In this document: one piece after another, positions 1 through 12,090 of the stretch
Layout: the number at the start of each line of letters is the position of its first letter
Numbering within the stretch: the stretch's first letter is position 1
NCBI GenBank assembly: GCA_951406725.2
Contig: OX597816.1
Span: 154,380,001 to 154,444,000 of the forward strand
Source of the DNA: Octopus vulgaris
Taxonomy: Eukaryota
Direction of reading: 5' to 3'
DNA length: 64,000 nucleotides
The notes under the pieces: generated by a model
Database searches by the model: none
Told to the model about the DNA's origin: nothing
The model's input: the letters and a program-made list of their open reading frames with translations, nothing else
Made by a program: the position numbers and the translations under genes

Positions 1-113
1 CATTGCTTCAAATAGAGAATACTTTGAAGGAGGCGATAAAAGTGTAAATATGTAAAATTAAGTGAATAAAAAAATATTGCAAAGTTCTGGTTTCCTTCGA
101 GTACCCCCTTGTA
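1..113 (+). mobile_element. 3' end of a mariner DNA transposon (transposase C-terminus, right TIR, TA)
   Basis: 2-55 translates IASNREYFEGGDKSVNM*, like the mariner C-terminal CI..GxYFEG motif. It is followed by a TIR-like end ...gtacccccttg and TA at 112-113. Confidence 0.75.
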
Positions 114-419
114 TATGGGCATATGTACTAGTATATCTGTGTGTATGTCTGTATGTGTGTATGTGTATTTCTCTTTCTTCCTTCACCAAGGTTGTTTGTG
201 CTCTTCCTGATTACTATCTAAATATAAACACTCCATCCAAATGTAAAATTTGTATTATAATTTTTCTGTCTGAAGAATTTCTAATAGGAGATTCCTTGCA
301 TGTTTCTCTTACATATAAATCTTTGTAATTCCTATTAGCAAATGAAACGTGTGTAATAGAGAATAAATAGCACCAAAAAATTTCGAATTTCCAATATGTA
401 TATATATGGATATATATCT

Positions 420-622
420 ATGAGTGTGCAGCTTTGTTTGCGTTTGTCTCCCACCTCTGCTTGATGCCTAGTGTTGGCTTGATTATGTTCCTGTAACTTA
501 GCTGTTTGACAAAAGAGACTGATAGAATAATCACAGGCTTAAAACTGAGTACATGGGTCAATTTGTTCAACTGAAAACTTCAAGACAGTACGTCAGCATA
601 GTGGGAGTCTAATGACTGAAAT
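420..622 (+). mobile_element. 3' half of a tRNA-derived SINE (decayed)
   Basis: Matches other copies in the window (27478-27695; reverse at 49150-49360): gtaacttagc...aaaagagactgatagaata...aatgactgaaa. Confidence 0.7.
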
Positions 623-649
623 GCTGCCTTCCAGCTTACTAGCTCTGGT

Positions 650-1690
650 GTGACCAGAGTTAGCAAGCCAAGAGTCTGCACCCGACTTCAATCTGATTTG
701 GCATGGTTTCTATAGCTGGATGCCCTTCCTAATGTCAACCACTTTACAGAGTGTACTGGATGCTCTTTCATGACACCGCATGGGTGATTTTATGTGGCAT
801 CACATGGGCAATTTTATGTGATCCACATGGGTGCTTTTGTGTGTTGCCACACAGGTGCTTTTACATGGCATCACCATGAGTGCTTTACACAACCAGAAAG
901 ATTGGTCTTAACACTTCTGCTGTAACATAAGAGTCTTCTTGAGTATGGCCAGGCACCAGGTATCTCAGTCGTCTTGCCTGAAAGGTTCAGCTTCCTGAAG
1001 TTGTTCTTCAGTACTTAATCCTATGTCTTCCTGGGTCTCCCACTTCCATGTGTTCCATCTACTTTGAAAGATTGGCACTTCTTTATGGAGCTGTCAGCAT
1101 TCATCTGCATCACATGACCAAACCACCACAATCTCCTCTCTTGTATACAGCAAGAAATTCCTCTTATGCCTAACTTCTCTCTCAATACACTAGCACTCTG
1201 TCAAACATGTACACTTACATTACACATCCAGTGGAGCATACTAGCCTTATTCCTTTCTAACCTTTGCATGTCCTCTGCATTTAGGGTCCACATCTCACTA
1301 CCATGTAGAATTGCTGTCAATATACATGCATTAGCAAATCTTCCTTTCACTTGGAGAGAGAAATCTTTCTTGGCCAACATAGGTAGCAACTCTCTGAATT
1401 TCACCAGCCTATTATTCTAGCTATCACACTCTCTGTGCATCCTCTCTCACTACTAGTTTGATCCCCCCCTAGGTAGCAGAAATGATCTACTACCTCTAAT
1501 GAGCCATGTGGCAGGTGTGCCAAGATATGCTGTCTTGGCATATAAAAACCTTAGCAATAGATTCCACTGTAGTATACAACAAAAGAAGTATTTTATACCC
1601 CTGGGAAAATCAGTCAAGGTACATTAATAGAACAAAATCCCTGGCTCATTCTTGGATGTTCCTACAGCAAGTTGGGTATGATGAATTGCA
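650..1690 (-). mobile_element. RTE LINE 3' fragment (ORF relic plus 3'UTR)
   Basis: ORF 1201-1404 KFRELLPML...LHGSEMWTL...RLERNKASMLHWMC is homologous to the copy at 39097-40641. 3'UTR motif ctggatgcccttcctaa is at ~716-732. Confidence 0.85.
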
Positions 1691-1949
1691 CAGAGTAGAG
1701 AAAGCTTGATGTTGATATTTATTTTGTACATAATGGCATTTTATGACTAATGGAAATGTTAGGCCAAATATACTCTGGAGAAGGCAGAGGAAGAAGTTGA
1801 AATTTCAAAGAATAATTTCAAAATTTGTAGAATTCTTCATTTTTGTTCTGATCAATTGCTAGCAGGTGAGGATTGATGAACATAGAAGTGTGCAGTGTAT
1901 TAAAATGGATTTGAAAAGGGGCATCAGTTGCAGAATTATCTGAATTCTT

Positions 1950-3800
1950 AATGTGGTAAATATCAGTCATATACTGCAATATGTAGCTGAGATGGTATAT
2001 TTCTCCAGACTAGTGGTAATTAAACTTGAATTTGAAAGCATCAGTAAGTGGTTAAAGGTCAAAGTAAATACAGAAAACAGAACTTTTCAGCATGCATTGA
2101 AAATATTTAACACTGTGACAGGCTGCCAACAGTTCTCTTCCAAAAGTACTGTATTTTGTTACAGTCTGTTCAAGATACTTTTAGAGGAAAAAAAGCAGTT
2201 GCCATAGACTATTAATGCAATGCTAAACAATGTCGCTAATGCTGCTATCCAGCTCAATGACTAATTGATAGAGTGGTATATCGGAATTAGGATAAACCAA
2301 CAAAGAATGGCAGAAGAGTGTGTATCATCAAGAGTGATGAGCCGGTTCTTACATGTTTTATTACTGAGTTGTGAAGAGTTGAAGAAAGCTTGCACAGTGG
2401 GAAATAAAATGACAATAAAAACCCATCAGCCTTAGAAACTTCCTCAGTGAAGTAAGAGAAAGAAAATCCAATATAGATTTAATTTTCTTGTTGAGTGAAT
2501 GAATTATATATTTGTCAATGAAATGTCACAGAAAAGATAAAGAAGCAACTTCAAAAAGGCATTTACTGGGTTAATAATGATATATTGAAGGCACCATTCG
2601 AGTGTGATCATTACCAGCGTCACCTTACTGGCACTTGAGTCCCGTGCTAGTAGGGTGCTAAGAACACCATCCGAGCGTGATCGTTGCTAGAGCGGCTAAC
2701 TGGCTTCCATGCTGGTGGCATGTAAAAGGCACCATTCGAGCATGATCATTACCAGCATCACCTTACTGGCACCTGTGCTGGTGGCATGTGTAAAAAGATT
2801 TGAGTGAGGTCATTACCAGTACTGCCTGACTGGCCCCCGTGCCGGTGGCATGTAAAAGCACCCACTACACTCTTGGAGTGGTTAGCATGTAGTTGTAGAA
2901 ACTCTGCCAGATCAGATTGGAGCCTGGTGCAGCCATCTGGTTCGCCAGACCTCAGTCAAATCGTCCAACCCATGCTAGCATGGAAAGCAGACATTAAACG
3001 ATGATGATGATGATGATTGAAAAAGAAGTGGAAATGATTTTCATGTTCATCATCAGATGTGCTGGCAGCTAACAGATCATAAACATAGGTATAAATGAAA
3101 GACAAATTACTGCAGTGAAAAAGAATTAGAATGACTATGCAACACTTTTTAAACTGAAAGGCATTTAAAGAATCCCCAAAAGGCCGAAAGTGGTAATGAT
3201 TGCAATTTCATATGAATTTTATCCAGTTCATCTGTATCTGATTACATGCAAGGACAAGATCAATTGTAGGGAATGTCTTAGCATGATAAAGGAAGAGATG
3301 TTTTGTAAGTAGAAGTTTAGGGTATTTATTGGATTTAGTATGGGCTTTATGCATCCATTAGTTGCTAGAGGTCACTAGTCCTCTGCTGTTATTTTAGGAA
3401 CTATATGAAGGGGTGGCAACCAGTTGCTATCAGATGGATGAATAATGACCAATTCAATTGTAGCAGGAATATTAACAATCCCAAATACCAACTAACTATC
3501 TAGAAATTGAACCTGAAATTACTGTGTTTAGATGGGAAAATAACTATAAGCACCCAACACGATCTTATTAGAGATTGATGATATCAGCAAACAACTAGTC
3601 TTTCAAGTCTCTAGTTAACACATCAAGAACTTGTTTTTATCAGTTGTTGGGCTGGCCCTCAAAGATGTTATAAACAACCTAACCATTTTTGTGAAACAAC
3701 ATATTGGAATGTTATTTATGATTTTGTCTTTGACACTTTTCCTTTATTAGGCCATCAGGTATATATAGATGTTTTATCTGCTTACTTGACTAGTTGTGAT
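1950..3800 (+). pseudogene. Possible highly decayed Gypsy pol relic, interrupted by an RTE tail
   Basis: Weak motifs in the expected order: YFSRL...IFNTVTG.QQF (RT-like, ORF 1953-2207), a DHKPL-like and LSR region at ~3370-3505 (RNase H-like), and GWP at ~3650. Confidence 0.3.
2588..3017 (+). mobile_element. RTE 3'UTR with (GAT)n tail
   Basis: Repeated gtgcyggtggcaygtaaaa.gcacc units, the ccatgctagcatgg palindrome, then (GAT)n. Confidence 0.85.
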
Positions 3801-4369
3801 ACAGCTAAGGCTAACCTGCTAAGGAACTTATGCCACCTACTCAGATATGGAATTTGACAACTAAAACCTACTGTCATTGCTGACACACATTTCTCATGGC
3901 CGTATATGAATTGAATATATTTTTACTGTTGTCATTTCAATTACATTTTTTTTGTTAATGATTAAATATTGTTCTATTTGGACTTCACCCAGATTTTTGG
4001 TTTTCTGTCAATCAACAAAATATCTTGTTACAGATGGAATTCAGTCATAGCAAACTTAACTCAATCAGGAGCAAGTTGTTTTGGAAAAAGAGAAAAATGT
4101 GGTCCATCAATAACAAGGTGGATAACAGAATGGGTTACAGCTCAAGTTTTAAAAATGGGGTGAGTGACTTCAGGGTAGTTGCAAAGGATAGTTTTGTCTA
4201 GGCTTGACAATGAAGAATTTTGGAAGATAAGCTGACAGAACATGTCTGCATGCTGACACTGGGTTCAATAAAACTAGCTATAGAATTTACCAGTCTATTG
4301 TTTTAACATTCCCTAGAAAACCAAAATTTAAAAAACCAGTTCTGATAATTTGAATCAAGAATTTGCTGA

Positions 4370-4605
4370 CATCTAGAATCCCTTTGAATACTGGAATAAA
4401 GTATACTTAACTCCATGTAAAAAGTGAAAACTGGAGGATGGTTTATGGCTTGTAAAAGAATAGGTGTAAGTTTCTTGTTACATTGCACCTGAGCAGTTGG
4501 TAGTATACTAACCTGTTCTTCAGTGTCTAAAAGAAAATAAGCAGCAGTAAATTGATTGGTGATGAAGGAGAGACAGTTAGGTCTATGAGTGATTGATGCA
4601 GTCAC
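4370..4605 (-). pseudogene. Gypsy-type aspartic protease relic
   Basis: FITNQFTAAYFLLDTEEQVSILP...LLQAINHPPVFTF resembles the Gypsy protease pattern F.TD......FLVDTGA.VS.LP...LQAAN...I.TY; the DTG site has decayed to DTE. Confidence 0.6.
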
Positions 4606-4781
4606 TGCTGTTAATCCCTGGCCATGTCGTTTACCTAAAGAGGAAGAAAAACTTATGGAAAAAATCAGAGGTAATTACTTTAGGTGTTCTGTTTGAATAT
4701 GTAATGGTACCAACTTTCAGAATTAGTCAATAGCTTCTGTTGTCTCCTGTTGCCTAATTAGCAATGGAGACATGGAAGCAC

Positions 4782-4900
4782 GTATGTATGTATGTATGTA
4801 TGTATGTATGTATGTATGTATGTATGTATGTATGTATGTATGTATGTATGTATGTATGTATGTATGTATGTATGTATGTATGTATGTATGTATGTATGTA
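4782..4900. repeat. (TATG)n microsatellite
   Basis: Direct observation. Confidence 0.95.
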
Positions 4901-4964
4901 CGTGCATATTTGTATGCTTTATATATGTATTCGCATGTATATAGTTGCATATGTAGACATGCTC

Positions 4965-5420
4965 ATCATCAACATCATCATCGTTTAACGTCCGCTTTCC
5001 ATGTTGGCATGGGTTGGACGATTTGACTGGGGACTGGTGAACCAGATGGCTGCACCAGGCTCCAATCTGATCAGGCAGAGTTTCTACAGCTGGATGCCCT
5101 TCCTAACGCCAACCACTCTGAGAGTGTAGTGGGTGCTTTTACGTGCCACTGGCATGAGGGCCAGTCAGGCGGTACTGACCATGCTCAAATGGTGTTTTTT
5201 ACATACCACCTGCACAGGAGCCAGTCCAGTGGCACTGGCAACGACCTCGCTCATATTTTTTCATGTGCCAGTATGGTGGCACTGGTAACAATCACACTCA
5301 AATGGTGCTTTTTACGTGCAACCGGCATGGAAGCCAGTCACCACTCAAATGGTGCTCTTAGTGCACCACTAGCACGGATGCCAGTCATCGAATTTGATTT
5401 TGATTTCGATTTCACTTGCT
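4965..5420 (-). mobile_element. RTE 3'UTR with tail
   Basis: Reverse complement of the 3'UTR seen at 21650-22082. Confidence 0.85.
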
Positions 5421-5989
5421 GAACAGGTCTTTGCAAATGATAAACTTCTGGAAAGTTTTACAGATTTTTACAGTTCCAGTGATGGATTACAATGTTTGTG
5501 TGCCTGTGTGTGTGTGCGCGCATGCGTGTATGTATTTGTGTTGATATATGTGTATGATTGTGTGTGTTTATGTGTATGTATGGTTCTATGTGTGTGTGTG
5601 TATTGATATATGTGTATGATTGTGTGTGTTTATGTATGTGTATGTATGGTTCTGTGTATGTGTATGTGTGTGTGTATGTGTGTGTGTGTGTGTAATGCTT
5701 TTGTATGATAGGCACCAAAGTTGATTGTTTGACCTTTCATGATTAGTGGTGTCTGTCAATGGATGGTCAACTCTGCTGACATTTGACATCATATATCTGC
5801 CTGTTTAATCTTGTTTAAATTAAAACATGTAGGTAATACATCATCATCATCATCATCAGTAGCATTTTACGTCTATTTATTTTCTTGATAGCATGAGATG
5901 GATGGAAATAGATCCTTCATACAGGCTATTTGGCTCATCTATTTCTATTCCTTAATTCATCCCACAAATATTGCAATAAACAAATTGTC

Positions 5990-6305
5990 GTTCCTCCCTC
6001 CCTCCCAACCTTCCTACCCCTCCCCTTCCTCCCTCCCTCCCTTCCGTCCTTCCGTCCTTCCTTCCTTCCTTCCTTCCTTCCTTCCTTCCTTCCTTCCTTC
6101 CTCCCTCCCTCCCTTCTGTCCTTCCTTCTTTCCTTACTTCTTTCCTCCCCCTCCCTCCCCTCCCTCACTTCCTTCCTTCCTTCCTTCCTCCCTCCCCCTC
6201 CATCCCTTCCTTCCTTCCTTCCTTCCTTCCTTCCTTCCTTCCTTCCTTCCTTCCTTCCTTCCTTCCTTCCTTCCTTCCTTCCTTCCTTCCTGCCTTCCTT
6301 CCTTC
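5990..6305. repeat. (TTCC)n pyrimidine tract; a (CTA)n run follows at 6433-6477
   Basis: Direct observation. Confidence 0.95.
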
Positions 6306-6431
6306 TAGAATTACTTGATTTTGCTATAAACATTGAGCTACAGAAATTTCAACTGAACATCACATATAAAGCTTTCACCAATCTGGAGGAGCCTGCAAAG
6401 TTTATGTGCACTGCCCCTCCACCGCTACTTA

Positions 6432-6477
<46 letters not shown>

Positions 6478-7469
6478 GAGTTTGTGACACCGAGAAACCA
6501 ACTAAACTTCAGGTTTTTTTACAAGTTTACCTTCTAGAAGGAAGTTTGACTGAGAATAAGGGTCCTTCATTCCCTAATTAACTCATTGCTTGAACTCCAA
6601 CAGGTGCTACTACTCCAGGTCAGAGAAGAACTGGGAACAGTAGTGATTCCATATTCCTCAACACCCTAGCACCATCTTACCAGAGCTGCACTAGTGGATG
6701 CAGCTTAAAGTCATATCCAGGACTACATACATACACATACATACATACATACATACATACATACATACATACATGCATACACGCATACATACACACATAC
6801 ATGCATGTGCATATATATATATACACACACATACATATATATGCACATACGTATATACATGCATGCATATACATGCATACATATATGATGTGAACAAAAT
6901 AAGTTAAATAAGATTAATAAGATAATGAAAAAAGGTGAAAAACAATACAATATTGTGTGGGATGTGACTGGATAATGCAAATGGTACTGGATAATGCTAA
7001 ATGGTTAGCAGTCAACTGTGAGATTTTCTGTGATTGGGAGGGGTTTACTTAGAGATTAATGAAATGGGTAAATGGATGATGGAGTAATTCAATAATGAAA
7101 TAAATAGATTAAGTAAATAGATAGGTGTCAGAGTAAATAGTAAGTAATATACTTAAATAATTGGTTAGAGATTAAGCAAGATAATGTATAAAGAACACGA
7201 ACACGCAGTAAAGTAGGGACATAAGATAAGGTAACATGTTTCAAAGAAGAGATAATTAGTGAGTAGTCATTAGTGGATATTATTAGTGAATATTAGTGGG
7301 TAATAGGGGATAAGAGATAAAAACCAGACAGAATGTTAAATGACACAAAATTAAGTTTGAAGGTTTAATCAAGAAGTCAAGTAAGTTTCCATTGCAAATG
7401 TGTTGTGACAGTATTTGTGCCATGACTTAAATAAAATCTGTTAAATAGGCTTAACAGTTTGGATATTAA

Positions 7470-7605
7470 CCCTTTGAGCCCTGACCTCCAGAATCTTATT
7501 TGACCATATATCTGGCTTTCTGATGCTCTCCACTGGTAGAGCGGTACTATGGTATAGAGAAAAATAAGCCGTCCACTGGTAAACCGGTGTTATGGGCTCA
7601 AAGGG
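7470..7605. mobile_element. piggyBac-like MITE (136 bp)
   Basis: TTAA at 7466-7469, TIR CCCTTTGAGCCC ... GGGCTCAAAGGG, then TCAA (degenerate TTAA). Two subterminal ccactggta.a.cggt..tatgg repeats. Confidence 0.7.
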
Positions 7606-7759
7606 TCAAGTGTCTGTACATTTGTAATATTCTAGCCAATCCTGGCTAATCATTGAGTATGCAAGCCTATGAAATTTATGTTTGAGTATAAGTTTCTGTT
7701 GGAATATTATGTATGTAGCCAAAAATTCAGCTATAAGCCTCACTGGTGTTAGTTTTTTT

Positions 7760-8380
7760 GGTTTGGCTTTGCTGACGAAGATTAGGAACGCTGTCATCCA
7801 TGTCGTCTGCATGCTTGTTCATAGCTGATAAGGCTGATGTGGGATTAACATATCTGATTGCAGTGATGACAAGGGTATGATTGTTCAAGGTCTGATGATG
7901 CAGCTGCATTGTTTTTTTACATCTGACATTTGTCTTCAAGAGAAGCACTGTGAGAAATCTCAGGAGGAATCAATATCGCTGATGGTATGGCACCAAGCAA
8001 TGCAATCAGCTATTAGAGTGGACCACTCATGATAATCAATGTCACAAATGCTAAAGGACTGCTTCAAGCAGTCCTTCTAATGCTTCCTTGGTGCCCCCCT
8101 GTTGTGGTGGCTGATGGTGAACTCACTGTACACGATTATCTTGGGTAGGCAGTGGTCTTATATCCTGTCAATGTGCCCTGCCCAATGCAGTCATGTCTTA
8201 AGTAAAATGTCTTCCAGGCTGGTGACCTTTGCTTGAAGACCTTAGTGTTGGTGATGTAGTTGCTCCAGCAGATGTTGAGGATGGTATGGAGCTAGTGTTA
8301 GTGAAAATGTTTGAGGAGTCTGAGATGATAGCAGTAGGGGACCCAGGACTCAGAGCTATATGGGAGTGTTGTGAGAATGC
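7760..8380 (-). mobile_element. BovB-type RTE LINE 3' end
   Basis: Minus strand reads WAGHIDRI.DHCLPKIIVYSE...APRKH.KDCLKQS, then a C-terminal Zn-finger-like YPCHHCNQIC.SHISLISYEQAC and a short 3'UTR. Confidence 0.8.
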
Positions 8381-8444
8381 ACACACACACGCACATGCAC
8401 GCACACACACACACACACACATGTAAACATATGACTGACTTACT

Positions 8445-8585
8445 TGTGTCTCTGTCAACCAGTTTTACTTACTAGTTGCTTGTTGGCTCAGGGCTATAGT
8501 AGATGTTTGCCCAATGGGATTGAACCTGAAACCATGTGGTTGTGAAGCAAACTTGTTAAGCACTAAATCATGTATGCACCTATGA
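8445..8585 (-). mobile_element. 5' (tRNA-like) half of SINE
   Basis: Similar to 50380-50543; box B-like ggttcaatccc on the minus strand. Confidence 0.65.
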
Positions 8586-8639
8586 ATATGTCCACATATA
8601 TATGGCTCAAAATTGTACAAAAAACAAAAGACAGAGACA

Positions 8640-9040
8640 GGTGGAAGAACAACAAAGAAGGTGTATTATTTTGAAGTTCAAGAAAAATGGAGGAGTCTTT
8701 GATATAGAGAGTCTATACTCTTCCATAGAAAGGAATAAGGAGAGATGGAGAGAGGAAAAAAATGGAGGGAAAAATGTGTTTGGATTAATGGTTGCACATG
8801 TTGAATTGACTGGAAAGAAGGATGCTCTTTGATTTCTCATACATTTCAGAGAATTCAGGAAACAGTCAACAGGTTTGCTATGGCAGCTTGTGCATTTGGA
8901 CTATTAGCACCAAGAAGACTGAAGTTTTATTCAAACAAAAGCCTGAGGCAGAACATACTCAAGATTCAAATGTGATGATAGACAACAAGCCACTCGAATG
9001 ACCCAGGTAACTTAAATCTCTTGGAAGTATGATAAGCTGA
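8640..9040 (+). pseudogene. BovB-type RTE reverse transcriptase relic
   Basis: QETVNRFAMAACAFGL/ISTKKTEV...IDNKPLE...KSLGSMIS matches the RT region downstream of YADD. Confidence 0.65.
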
Positions 9041-9102
9041 AAAAAGTTAATTTTATAGTTCATGGTTAGCAACAGGGGTTGTTTTATATGCAAATAAACA
9101 TA

Positions 9103-9460
9103 AAAAAATTAGGGAATGGAGTTGATAAGATCCAGGCTATATATGTTTCAAGAGCTAGTGGAACATTGGATATAGTAAATTATCCAAACGAGGAACAGAC
9201 TTCAGGCCAAGGATACCTTGATTACATGAAGTTTATTATGTTTTCCTTTTGAACTGTACTTTCTATCCATTTCAATTGAATCTTCAACAAGTTAACACGT
9301 GATCTCCTAACGACAATGTAAACCTCATATAATCAAGGTATCCTTGGCCTCAAGAGTAGCTTGTGGTCTACTCCTCGTTTGGATAATTTACTCCTTCTGA
9401 GGCCCCGCTAGCTATGAAACATATGTAGCCTGGACTTTATCTATTTCATTCCTTAATTTT
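9103..9460. mobile_element. Inverted-repeat element with degenerate hammerhead (Penelope pLTR-like)
   Basis: Arms ~9103-9238 and ~9315-9460. Right arm: ggc CTCAAGA gtagct...agctat GAAAC atat GTA gcc (9346-9430); the left arm retains CTGAAG. Confidence 0.65.
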
Positions 9461-9612
9461 TGAATATATATATATATATATACACATTATTCTTTTCTTG
9501 AGGTCTCAACTCCCTGATGGAGTCATAGAGGCACTGATGTGACATATGGAGTCTTGGGAAATTTAATGCTGTTAGGGCCCATCCCTTCACATGTTTGAAC
9601 ACAGTCAATGTC

Positions 9613-9842
<230 letters not shown>

Positions 9843-9929
9843 GAACTCAGAAATGGGCTGGCAATTATCATCACTGAAAAAACCATAAAAAGTTCTCTTT
9901 CTGAGTTTTAATGATTTTTGCCAATTGTC

Positions 9930-9986
<57 letters not shown>

Positions 9987-10529
9987 CATATAAAACATCA
10001 CCTCATTCTATTTGTTCATGATTGGTTCACAAACAAAATACGTGCTGTCATATAAACACACTCAGTCATATATACATATACAAACACACATTCCTACTTA
10101 CTCACTACACATACACAAATATACACACCACAACTGACACTCATTGTTGATTCTTAGTTTTATCATGTAAATGTGTGTTCTCAAAATGATTAATCCCTTG
10201 ACTACTAATCTGATTTTAGCTATGTTACCCATTCATTATTTGATTTCTTAAGACATACTGTTTGATACAAATGGAATGTTGTTTAACAGATTGGTTCACA
10301 GAGACATGGTGACTAATGAAGACATGGTGTTCAAATAAAGTATATTTGGTAAACCAGTCTACCAGAATACATCCCTATTGCAGTTCCACCCAAACCGGAA
10401 AAAATAATAAAAACACATCAACTTATCAGAGTTCCTGCTGCTTAGATCAATGTTCTGTTTACATATTTGGATGATACCTGTAGCAATAAATTACTCAGAG
10501 ATGCCATCTGCATAGAAAACAATATTTAA

Positions 10530-11275
10530 GTTAGTGTTCACAAGTTTAATGCAGTAAGCATAAAAAACAAACTAGAAATAATTATATGGTGAGATAAAGG
10601 CAATATTAATCAGAAGCTAATACTATTTTTAAAATTTCAGTAAGGAAGAGAACTGCAAACATGTTTCAGTTTTATTAGATCTCCTTAGTAAAGCACAGAC
10701 TTCATTACATTTACTGAAGTAGGGGTTTGAATCATAAATTCTAATTTTTCTACATCAACCAATGGACTACATTGATTGATGTAGAAAATTAGAACTTTTG
10801 GCAAATAAATTAACCAAAGGAATTAGTATAAACTTAATATTGTCTTTTTATGAGGATAAATTTTCTGCATGTTTTAATCTCTAACAATTTCTTATTCCCT
10901 CAGCCAACCACTGTATATTATTGTACATTTACTTCTTTCAATACTTCTTCAATAAGTACAGTTAAGTTTATGTTTCACTTTGGAAATTTAGTAAAACTGA
11001 AACATGTAAGGAATTGTCCCTTTTAGTTACCAAAATAAAATAATATTACTCATTATCAAATATTGTCTTTTTCTCACTTCACAGGTTTGGTGACAGGAAA
11101 GACATCTGATGTCAAAATAGGAACTATGAAAAGCACAGTTAGATTGTCATGGAACCTGCAAAATTAACACCAACTTTAATAAGGAAAATAGTCTTAAAAT
11201 GTTTATTGTGTTGTTTGCTCACACATATTTCTAGTTAGCTTTTTAATGTTCATTGCATAAATATCTTAACACTAA
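10530..11275. repeat. Old decayed inverted repeat with internal hairpin
   Basis: acatgtttcagttttatta (~10659-10677) mirrors tagtaaaactgaaacatgt (~10990-11008), and the flanks are loosely mirrored. A near-perfect hairpin lies at 10743-10790. Confidence 0.5.
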
Positions 11276-11884
11276 CTTAACTATACCAGAATATGTCAAG
11301 TTATAGCCACTGTATAGTGCCAGTGATGGTACAAATTGCTGATTCCGTGGCTGGTAGTTAAGAACAGAGGATCATAGGAATTTCATTGAATTTTTGGGTA
11401 ATACATTTAGTTCCACAGGTCTCTGATCATCTGTGAATATTACTGAAAATAGATAGGCAACTTATCCAGGGAGAGATTTATTTTGTATCTACACAACACT
11501 AAAGAATGTTGGGACTCACCTTTGGAGATCTTTTTCTTAACTGGCATTTGGTTAAGGTGCTTGGCTCATGATCATAGTTTCAGTTCATAGACTAGGTGCT
11601 GTTTTGTGTCCTTCAGTAAAACACTTGATTTCTTGTCACTCAATTTTACTCAGCAGTAATGAGTACAAGCTCTGTTCCGCAGTGGTTACATCCTGGATGT
11701 TTTACTGAATCAAGGGTATTGGTGAGGTGGTGGGGACAAGTGATGTCTATGTCTCCACACAACTACACAATCACCTAAAACAATTAGTGAAAGCATGGTA
11801 CATAATACCAAGCCATACTCATTTGCAGGTGCTGGCTGTACTGTACTTCCAAACTGGTGTATCTGTATAACATGTACACTTTTG

Positions 11885-12090
11885 AGCCAATGAAAAAACC
11901 TCTACATGGCCACTCGAATTGTTAGAAATAGCAACTAAATCTCTTTCCAATTATACTCAACACTCTTAGAAAAGAACACATTAGATAATGTAGAAAAATA
12001 CTGAGAAATATACTGCATAGCTATGACTGGAATGTCTTTGATTAGTCCCAGGTCTGTTCAGTCAGGACTTGCTAGAGGCTAATAACAACA
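11885..12090 (+). mobile_element. Unclassified dispersed repeat (other copies ~13080-13225, 19490-19670, 25660-25860, 29020-29210)
   Basis: Shared motifs tagaaatagcagc, acacattggataatgtagtcc, ggaatgcctttgatcataggtc and an aacaacaac end recur in both orientations. Confidence 0.65.
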
